A DNA stretch of 32,000 nucleotides from Candidatus Heimdallarchaeota archaeon (GTDB lineage: Archaea > Asgardarchaeota > Heimdallarchaeia > Heimdallarchaeales > Heimdallarchaeaceae). Under the pieces are notes generated by a model. It searched no databases, was not told the DNA's origin, and was given only the letters and a program-made list of their open reading frames with translations. The DNA lies in assembly GCA_030668875.1 (NCBI GenBank), contig DAOVER010000002.1, positions 78,706 through 110,705 of the forward strand, read 5' to 3'. Shown in pieces: positions 9,478-16,787 of the stretch (positions are counted from its first letter, which is position 1; each line of letters opens with the position of its first letter). Position numbers and translations under genes: made by a program.

Positions 9478-10485
9478 TCACCTAGTGATGTAAGGGTTTG
9501 TTTCACCACAATTTGAACAAAATACTGCATCATGTTCAAGTTCTAGACCACATTTGACACAGAACATTTTTTTGCCTTTTAATTCTTCAGGAGGAATTAT
9601 TGTGGACTTGTAATCAATTTCGTCTTCTTTTCTTTGTGAGGGAGCAATGGGTCTTTGTCTACTCAAACCTAGCATTGTCTGTGCAGGTTTCTGAGTTCTT
9701 TGAGCCCTTTGTTGAGTCATTGCAGCCTTCCGGGCTTCTTGTTTTTCAAAGAATCCTTCTGGAAGCTTATCTAGAATGCCATAAGCTCGTCGTAAATACC
9801 AAAAACCCATAATAACCATAACAACAGCTGCAATACCCATGAAATATGCTGTATTCACGAATGCTTCAGATCCTTCATTAGGAACTCTCCTTCCATTAAC
9901 ATCAATGTGTGTTACCGAATCTAAAGGTACTACCATGTACATAACAAACCTCACTAATAGCAATGCATATCCAATTGGGAGGGATAATTGACCTTTGAAG
10001 ATATTTCTCTTTTCCTGTCTAAATCCATCTAAAACCATTTTCATAAATATAAAACCAGCTAGCAAAGAAACATATGAAACAATAGTCAATATGTCGCTAG
10101 TAAGTTCATTGGAATCTGATGTGAGAATTATATTAGTTACAGTTAGACCATCAATTATATGTCCTGGTAAACTGATTAATCCGCCTATGAATACTAGAAT
10201 TGAAGAAAACAACAAATAGATGTTTTTCTCCTCTCTATAGAAGAGAAAGAAACCAACCGCTAACCCTATAATAACTATGTTAGAAACGATATATAATGCA
10301 ACTGAATATAGGCTTATGTCCGCATCTGTATTAAAGAACATTTCAATACCTTTTGCAATCACGATGATCAGTGTAGTCCAAGTTATTATCTTTCTTGTTC
10401 TATTAGAAATTTTTTTCTCGGATTGAACAACTTCTGCAACTGCGATATCTTCACCAGTAAATTGTAGTTTAATTTCTTTTGACAT
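9478..10485 (-). CDS. 6TM membrane protein with C-terminal double zinc ribbon (paralog 1)
   Basis: Six TM, LSLPIGY motif, Q/R-rich linker, C-terminal FCVKCG...FCSNCG. Confidence 0.85.
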   Translation of the reverse strand: MSKEIKLQFTGEDIAVAEVVQSEKKISNRTRKIITWTTLIIVIAKGIEMFFNTDADISLYSVALYIVSNIVIIGLAVGFFLFYREEKNIYLLFSSILVFIGGLISLPGHIIDGLTVTNIILTSDSNELTSDILTIVSYVSLLAGFIFMKMVLDGFRQEKRNIFKGQLSLPIGYALLLVRFVMYMVVPLDSVTHIDVNGRRVPNEGSEAFVNTAYFMGIAAVVMVIMGFWYLRRAYGILDKLPEGFFEKQEARKAAMTQQRAQRTQKPAQTMLGLSRQRPIAPSQRKEDEIDYKSTIIPPEELKGKKMFCVKCGLELEHDAVFCSNCGETNPYITR

Positions 10486-10583
10486 CTAAATTTATCTTGA
10501 CTGCCTAATATTTAAATATGCACAATTATGAGCAATTTCAAAGGTATTATTGTGTTTTTGTATAGTATGAATGAAAACAAAAG

Positions 10584-10599
10584 AGGTAAAGTATATAAG
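10584..10599 (+). promoter_or_regulatory. BRE/TATA-like promoter of the 10623 gene
   Basis: Purine-rich AGGTAAAG followed by TATATAAG (10592-10599), ending 23 nt before the ATG at 10623; spacing fits a leaderless archaeal transcript. Confidence 0.45.
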
Positions 10600-10622
10600 T
10601 ACGTTTTGTCTCTTTTTTTTTG

Positions 10623-11147
10623 ATGAGATTATCTTCCTCTTTGTCGCTGCTAGTTTTTACCTTAGCTTTTTTAAGCGTTCTAACTCCTGCCATGTATGAT
10701 TCTGAGGGATTTGCTCTTAACTGGATTGACATCCATGAATCTCCTGTTCTGTGGATTCTACTTGCAGCAACAATGCTCGTAGGATTACATGATGTTGAAT
10801 TACTTTATGGAATAAAGTTTCTGAGAAGCTCAAATAGTAGAATATTACGTATTTTACTCATTGCAGTAGCTGTAGGTATGTCGTACGCTATGGAATTATC
10901 TGTAAATTACCATTTATCAGGACTTACCTTCTGGACTGGAAGTATCATCTTTCGTTTCCCTGCTAATGCTTCTATACACGATGGTATTGGGATAGGTTAT
11001 CATTTGGTTCGTTTGTGCCGTATCATATTGCTCTTTGGCCTTCTCGAAGCTCTTATTGAGAAAGATCCTAAGAAAGGTAGTATCCATATTGAAAAATTAT
11101 ATGAAGATTCCTTCACAAAGGATAAGAAGAAGGAAAACAGTTTTTAA
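10623..11147 (+). CDS. Hypothetical membrane protein (~4 TM)
   Basis: 174-aa ORF with hydrophobic segments and a charged C-terminus; TATA-like box at the expected distance. Confidence 0.65.
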   Translation: MRLSSSLSLLVFTLAFLSVLTPAMYDSEGFALNWIDIHESPVLWILLAATMLVGLHDVELLYGIKFLRSSNSRILRILLIAVAVGMSYAMELSVNYHLSGLTFWTGSIIFRFPANASIHDGIGIGYHLVRLCRIILLFGLLEALIEKDPKKGSIHIEKLYEDSFTKDKKKENSF

Positions 11148-11190
11148 TTGAAGTTGACCTTACTTCAATATAAAACCCCATTTGATTGTG

Positions 11191-12249
11191 ATGACAGATA
11201 CAATATTTATTCCCTATGTCTCATTGCTAGTCTTAGATGAGATGGGGATGACTTTAAGAAGTTCTATATCCAACCCAGATATCTCAAGAGAAGAAATAAT
11301 GGGGATGGGAAATTTCTACAGTCCAGTTATATCTGCTTCATCACCCAATCTAGAGATTTATGGACCATTACCCATTCCACATTTTGGGAAATATCATCTA
11401 CTTATTGTGTCTTTTCGCAAAGCTGATTCTGAAAATAGAGTAATGAGATCAAAGGCTACAGACAATTTGTCATTCTGTCAATTACTAATTATCTATGACA
11501 AAAAATGCGACCAGAAAGTAAAATTTGGTCATAGCAAAATCTATGATACCGTTGAATCTTTCTTACAGCAATTTACAGACATCAAACAAATAACTGATAA
11601 TAGTTTGATTTTTCTAAGTGAGTCGCTTATTGAAAACATCTTGCTAGATGAACAGATAAAGTCAAAGAGTTTAGAGGATGTTGTACGTGACATAGCTTCT
11701 CGTTTTAATACAATTCAACAAATTTCTAACCTTCTTAATCGAAGAACCAAAATAGGGATTATTACTTCTGACTCGCTTTCTTATAACCTAATAATTCAGT
11801 CCCTTTTCCATTATCAGAATATAGATTTTATCTATGAATTTAGTAGAAATGAGTTTATTAGCAGAATTGATACATATTTTATGAGAATAGTGTTGACACT
11901 TCTATTTGACTTAGAAACGATTGCTGGAAAAGAGTATTTTAGAGAGATGGACTATTATATCTATTTAGCTTCATGTGAGGATATAACATCAGCTACTAGA
12001 CATATAAGAAATATTGATGAATTGAAAAAACGTGATCCTAAATCAAAAATCTTCTTAGTTACCTTTGAGAAAGCAGAGCAAATAGATTTAAACGTTAAAA
12101 AGGCTCTTTTTGCTGAATCAGAACGTAGGAAGAATGTTCAACTAATGATAACGGTTGGAGATTTGTTTAGAACTTTAGACAATGCGGTGTATTTGATACT
12201 TAACGATGTATTAGAGTTAAGAAATATTCTTCTTTCAACAAATATTTGA
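11191..12249 (+). CDS. uDENN/longin-like N-domain + degenerate Rag-like G-domain
   Basis: N-domain has LLVLDEMG, IYGPLPIP, YHLLIVSF and LLIIY. C-domain has KIGII, EYFREMDYYIYLAS and LKKRDPKSKIFLVTFEKAE, resembling Rag/Gtr1 (LRKYSPDAKIFVLLHKMD) but without GKS/T or DxxG. Probable ATG at 11191 (track start is TTG 11182). Confidence 0.5.
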   Translation: MTDTIFIPYVSLLVLDEMGMTLRSSISNPDISREEIMGMGNFYSPVISASSPNLEIYGPLPIPHFGKYHLLIVSFRKADSENRVMRSKATDNLSFCQLLIIYDKKCDQKVKFGHSKIYDTVESFLQQFTDIKQITDNSLIFLSESLIENILLDEQIKSKSLEDVVRDIASRFNTIQQISNLLNRRTKIGIITSDSLSYNLIIQSLFHYQNIDFIYEFSRNEFISRIDTYFMRIVLTLLFDLETIAGKEYFREMDYYIYLASCEDITSATRHIRNIDELKKRDPKSKIFLVTFEKAEQIDLNVKKALFAESERRKNVQLMITVGDLFRTLDNAVYLILNDVLELRNILLSTNI

Positions 12250-12283
12250 AAAGTATGTCTACGAGGTTCTAATCCACTTGATT

Positions 12284-13024
12284 TTATTTTTTGTTTTCTA
12301 ACCACTTCTCGATTATTCCGAATAATTGGAATCTACCTGCATCTTTTGGAATCACGTGACCTCCTTTCTCAATCCACGCCAATTCCTTATCAGAGGAAGC
12401 AACGTTGTCATAGATCCAACTTGGAAATCTTGCAGGTATACTAGGATCATTTTTACTCTGAACAACCAAAATCGGCACAGTAATCTTTGGAATAAGTTTT
12501 TTCACCCTTACTAATAACTTATGTAGCTCTGCTATGCTTTTTAATGGATATTTTCCATAGGCTTTGTGACTCTCTAAAGAATCTAGATCTTCCCATCCAG
12601 TTTCTATATTTTTCTTGTATTTATAGAAACTATGAATGGGCAAAATCCTTACTAATAACATTCGCCAATCTATTGGTTTGTATGGGGCAGCCATCGCTAT
12701 AATTCCTGCAATATCAGGATTGTTTGCTCCTAGATACAAAGTAATCGCTCCCCCCATAGACAATCCACCTATGAAGACTTTGTTATACTTTTTACAAAGA
12801 TCTTTAAGTTGATTTTGAGCATATTTCATCCACTCTTCCCATTTTGTATTAGCCATATTCTCAATAGTAGTTTCATGCCCTGGTAGAGTGATATTGTTAA
12901 CATAGTATCCTTTGCTAACTAAGAATTCTTCTAATGGAACCATCTCATAATGTGTTCCTGTAAAACCATGTATTAATAAAACAGCAGTATTCTTTGTATT
13001 GGAAGATATGTTTGATGAAATCAT
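12284..13024 (-). CDS. Alpha/beta-hydrolase carboxylesterase / monoacylglycerol lipase-like (Est30-like)
   Basis: HGFTG oxyanion motif, GLSMGG nucleophile elbow, D in KNDPSI, H in GGHVI. Confidence 0.92.
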   Translation of the reverse strand: MISSNISSNTKNTAVLLIHGFTGTHYEMVPLEEFLVSKGYYVNNITLPGHETTIENMANTKWEEWMKYAQNQLKDLCKKYNKVFIGGLSMGGAITLYLGANNPDIAGIIAMAAPYKPIDWRMLLVRILPIHSFYKYKKNIETGWEDLDSLESHKAYGKYPLKSIAELHKLLVRVKKLIPKITVPILVVQSKNDPSIPARFPSWIYDNVASSDKELAWIEKGGHVIPKDAGRFQLFGIIEKWLENKK

Positions 13025-13107
13025 TGTATTTTATTTTTCAATCCTATTAATAAATGGTCTCTTCCTATCATAGAAACACTCAATAACGTAATTTACTATT
13101 ACTCTCT

Positions 13108-13707
13108 GTGATTGATGCTATTTGGTATTGGATTATAATTGGTATCCTTTCTATAATCCTAATTGTCTGGTTAATATTTGCAATTTACCGTAATATCAGA
13201 TTTGAAGCAATTCAAGCATTCGGATATGTCTTCTTGATATTAGGGCTGTCATTTACTCTAGGTGAGTACCTTCCAATCCCTTATTACCAACATATCGCAG
13301 GAAGTTTAACCCTACTTGGTATACTTTTGATTATGTCGGGATTACTGTGTTCCTCTAGAAGATGGGTAAAAAGAAAGGGCACACGGGATTTGAATAGTTT
13401 CAGAAACATGTGTATTTTTGCATATATAAGACATCCAATATCGTTTGGTACAACTATTTTGGCTTTTGCGCTTATTTTTCTAGCAAATTCCATTCTCTCA
13501 AATGTATTTGCTGTTCTTGCAGTTATCAGCTTCTTTCTGGCATCTTATGAGAAAGATAGTTACATGGCAAAAAAATATGGCTACCCTTTCAGAGTTTATG
13601 CAAGCAAAGTTCCACGTTTTAATATTATTTTGGGTATAATAAAAGCAATTAGATCTAACGCTCTAAGTAAGGGGAAAAAGAAAACAGAAGAAATTCTTTA
13701 TGAATAA
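13108..13707 (+). CDS. ICMT/PEMT-family membrane methyltransferase-like protein (divergent)
   Basis: Five TM, YIRHP motif, KYG...Y...VPRF tail; the canonical HPxY Tyr and EE pair are substituted. Confidence 0.7.
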   Translation: MIDAIWYWIIIGILSIILIVWLIFAIYRNIRFEAIQAFGYVFLILGLSFTLGEYLPIPYYQHIAGSLTLLGILLIMSGLLCSSRRWVKRKGTRDLNSFRNMCIFAYIRHPISFGTTILAFALIFLANSILSNVFAVLAVISFFLASYEKDSYMAKKYGYPFRVYASKVPRFNIILGIIKAIRSNALSKGKKKTEEILYE

Positions 13708-13719
13708 TTTCTTGTCTAA

Positions 13720-14175
13720 TTATTTTATCAAATCAGTGATGATTGTAGGGCAGATGTCAATAACACCATTTATTTTTTCAAGCTGCTCTTGAAAATCATT
13801 AAGTTTCTCATCATTTTCAAACCAGCATTCCATCATTATCATATGATATCCGCTAGAAGAATATAATCTCAATATCTCGTCATTTTTCTTAAGTATCTGA
13901 ATTACAGCTAAAAATCTTTGAGGTGTTGTATCAAGACCAATTGAAGCTTTTACGCCAAAACCTAATTCTCGAGGATTTATCTCAAAAGAATATCTTGTAA
14001 TAATCCCTCCTTCCTCTATCTTCTTGACTCTTTTACGAATAGCTGTTTCAGTAACATTTTATTCATTAGCGATGTCAACGAAAGATTTCCTCCCATTCCT
14101 CAATAATTCTTTAATTACAGCCATATCAGAGGTTTTATTTTTACTGAAACTATTGTTCGAAATTCAAACCACCAT
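13720..14175 (-). pseudogene. lrpA: LrpA-like Lrp/AsnC transcriptional regulator with in-frame stop
   Basis: Hand translation: ...DMAVIKELLRNGRKSFVDIANE*NVTETAIRKRVKKIEEGGIITRYSFEINPRELGF...SSSGYHMIM...GVIDICPTIITDLIK*. The TAA at 14059-14061 lies in the HTH, where Leu (TTA) is expected. The start is either ATG 14124, or ATG 14175 with a second stop (TGA 14164-14166). Confidence 0.85.
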
Positions 14176-14222
14176 GTTTTGATATTTGAAAAGACTTATG
14201 TAAACCTATTCTTTTTATTAAA

Positions 14223-14906
14223 ATGGTGAATAATATGTCACTAAAAGAATATGAAGAAACTGGAAAAATCCCTCTAATTGGAACAATGTTCCCAAAGATG
14301 GCTGTAAATACAACTCATGGGTTGAAAAGATTACCTCATGATTACAAAGGAAAATGGTTAATATTATTTAGCCATCCTGCTGACTTTACCCCTGTTTGTA
14401 CAACTGAATTTGTTTCCTTTCAAAAGCATCATGACAAATTTGCTGCTATGAATACAGAATTACTCGGTCTAAGTATTGATCAAGTTTTTAGCCACATTAA
14501 ATGGGGCGACTGGATTAAAGAAAATTTAGACGTTGAAATAAAATTCCCAATCATTGCAGACCATGGTGAGGTTGCAAGACAACTAGGCATGTTACATGCT
14601 AAAGGTTCCAATACAGTAAGAGCTGTTTTTATAATGGATCCCAAGGGGATCATCAGATCAATACTATACTATCCTTCTGAACTTGGAAGAAACATGAAAG
14701 AAATTCTAAGGATGATCAAAGCTTTAAAAGTCGCTGATAAACACGATGTAGCAATGCCTGCAAATTGGCCAGAAAATGAACTATTTGGTGATGATGTTAT
14801 CGTTCCCCCTGCAGGAACTGTAGAAAAAGCAAAAGAACGACTTACTGATGAAACCATTGAATGCTTAGATTGGTGGCTATGTCATAAAGAAAACCCTGAG
14901 AAATAA
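14223..14906 (+). CDS. Peroxiredoxin, archaeal Prx6-type
   Basis: [15 protein letters not shown] peroxidatic Cys motif, [16 protein letters not shown]-terminal CLDWWLC. Confidence 0.95.
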   Translation: MVNNMSLKEYEETGKIPLIGTMFPKMAVNTTHGLKRLPHDYKGKWLILFSHPADFTPVCTTEFVSFQKHHDKFAAMNTELLGLSIDQVFSHIKWGDWIKENLDVEIKFPIIADHGEVARQLGMLHAKGSNTVRAVFIMDPKGIIRSILYYPSELGRNMKEILRMIKALKVADKHDVAMPANWPENELFGDDVIVPPAGTVEKAKERLTDETIECLDWWLCHKENPEK

Positions 14907-14962
14907 TCTCTTTTCTTTCTTTTTATTTTACAGAAAAAATTAAATGATAGAATGCTTTTTCA

Positions 14963-15811
14963 TTGTTAATGAATGAAATTATAGATATTGTAAAAACACA
15001 CACTGACCCTGAAGTAAAAATCAGAGTCGCTAAGTTTCCATGTTCAAATAAAAAATATTCAAAACGTAATGTCATAATAGTTCCGGGGTGGTTAAGTGCT
15101 ATAGATAATTTCACCACAACTGCCAAAATACTACAAGCTTATGGCAATATCTTTATTTATGAACCTAGAGGATTTGGGGAATCTCTTACTCCTCACAAGA
15201 AAGGTCTTTTTACTATTGAAGAGTATAATGAAGAACTCAAATTAGTTATAGATCATTTAAAACTTAAAAACAAAGATTTCATAATATTAGGCAGTTGTTC
15301 TGGGGCTGCGATGGTTTTTAATTACGTATTAGATGGTACTGGTAAGAAACCCAGTGCTTTGGTGATTTTCAGTCCTCAAGAACATTACAAAACCCCCTTT
15401 TGGCTACCAATCCTAGGCTGGATTCCTACATTTTTTATGAGTTTTATACAAAAACTAATTATTATTTTTTATAGGTTCTACGTAAAAATTAGAAGTAAAA
15501 AAGAGTCCGAAAATGTTACATGGGCAGAGGAACGGTTGAAGAAAAATGATGCATGGAGTCTTCGAAGGTATGTTTTGGAGTTTATTATTTCATATGATAT
15601 TATAGGAAGACAGAAAGGAATCGATATCCCAATGCTCATTTTTGTAGCTAAAAAAGACTACTTCGTAGATGTAGCAAAATCCAAAGAGTTTACACACCAT
15701 CCTGATACTGAAATCTTCCAAGTTGATGTTTCAATGCATCGAGTACAAGAAGGAAATGAGAAATTAATAGCTGAAGAAGTGAACAAATACTTAAACAAAA
15801 TAAAATTGTGA
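14963..15811 (+). CDS. Alpha/beta-fold hydrolase with Cys at the nucleophile position
   Basis: VPGW, YEPRGFGES, LGSCSGA elbow, KDYFV acid, SMHRV His. Confidence 0.8.
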   Translation: MLMNEIIDIVKTHTDPEVKIRVAKFPCSNKKYSKRNVIIVPGWLSAIDNFTTTAKILQAYGNIFIYEPRGFGESLTPHKKGLFTIEEYNEELKLVIDHLKLKNKDFIILGSCSGAAMVFNYVLDGTGKKPSALVIFSPQEHYKTPFWLPILGWIPTFFMSFIQKLIIIFYRFYVKIRSKKESENVTWAEERLKKNDAWSLRRYVLEFIISYDIIGRQKGIDIPMLIFVAKKDYFVDVAKSKEFTHHPDTEIFQVDVSMHRVQEGNEKLIAEEVNKYLNKIKL

Positions 15812-15817
15812 CCATTT

Positions 15818-16678
15818 CTATTCAGAGGGAAGAAGAGACAGAATAATGGTTCCTACACCCGTTGATGTACCAATTATTGGAGATGCTGGAGTAACAAAGT
15901 ATCTGTTAATCTTCAGTTTTTTACAAAGTTTCTTAATTATATAATCAACACCTTCTTGATTTTCGACATGAGATATTACCAAATCATATGAAAGAGATTT
16001 ATCCACGTTTTTTATTGCAAGACTAATTAGACGTTTAGCCATTGATTTATTTGTAAAAAATCCAGGTAATTTAGATTTTAAAATTCCTGGTTTTTCCATT
16101 ACAGCTACTGGTTTTATTTTGATTAATTTTGTTAAATTTAAAACCAATTTTGACTTCAATCGCCCAGATTTATAGACGTTGTCCAATGTATGAAAACCAG
16201 CATTTAAGAAATAATTCTGCTTTATCTCATTAACATGTTTTTCAATCTCTTCAACTTTTGCACCTTTGGCGCTTAACTCGAATATTCTTAAGATTATTAA
16301 ACCTTGAACTCCAGAAGCTGTTTGAGTATCTATAACTGTAACCTTTTCTTTGAATTTCTTAGCCGCTATTCTATGTGAATTGAAGGTTGATCCACTTAGT
16401 TCACTTGAAACAGAAATGGAGAAAATATGATCATAACCGTGATGTTCAAAGCCTTCTTTTAATTTTTCAACAAAGTCGCTTGGTTCAGGATTTGTAGTTG
16501 GAGGAATTAAATCTCTTGTTCTTATTATATTGTAAAAATCATCGACTGAAATGTCAACCCCTAGCTTCCAATATCTGTCATCAAAATAAACAACATGTGG
16601 AATTATTGCTACGTTGTACTTTTCCATTAATTCCGCTGGTAAATCTGCTGCTGAATCTGTTATGACTCCAATTTTCAT
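15818..16678 (-). CDS. DegV/FakB-family fatty-acid-binding protein
   Basis: IITDSAADLP, PTTNPEP, ISVSSELSGS, IDTQTASG, SGR, IKP, IGTSTGVG. Confidence 0.92.
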   Translation of the reverse strand: MKIGVITDSAADLPAELMEKYNVAIIPHVVYFDDRYWKLGVDISVDDFYNIIRTRDLIPPTTNPEPSDFVEKLKEGFEHHGYDHIFSISVSSELSGSTFNSHRIAAKKFKEKVTVIDTQTASGVQGLIILRIFELSAKGAKVEEIEKHVNEIKQNYFLNAGFHTLDNVYKSGRLKSKLVLNLTKLIKIKPVAVMEKPGILKSKLPGFFTNKSMAKRLISLAIKNVDKSLSYDLVISHVENQEGVDYIIKKLCKKLKINRYFVTPASPIIGTSTGVGTIILSLLPSE

Positions 16679-16787
16679 TTGAACACTTTCTAGACAAAAT
16701 TCGGATTTTGTTGCTTATAAATCTGTTTGATGAGAGATGTCTTAAAGTTTATATTATATCTTGAATTTGTTTTCATTGGTATCTTCA

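Noticed and set aside
10567-10625. Possible slippage/phase-variation at the 9-T run (10613-10621) joining upstream ATGs (10567 or 10571) to the 10623 ORF
   Set aside because: A BRE-TATA (TATATAAG, 10592-10599) sits at leaderless distance from ATG 10623, so no frameshift is needed.
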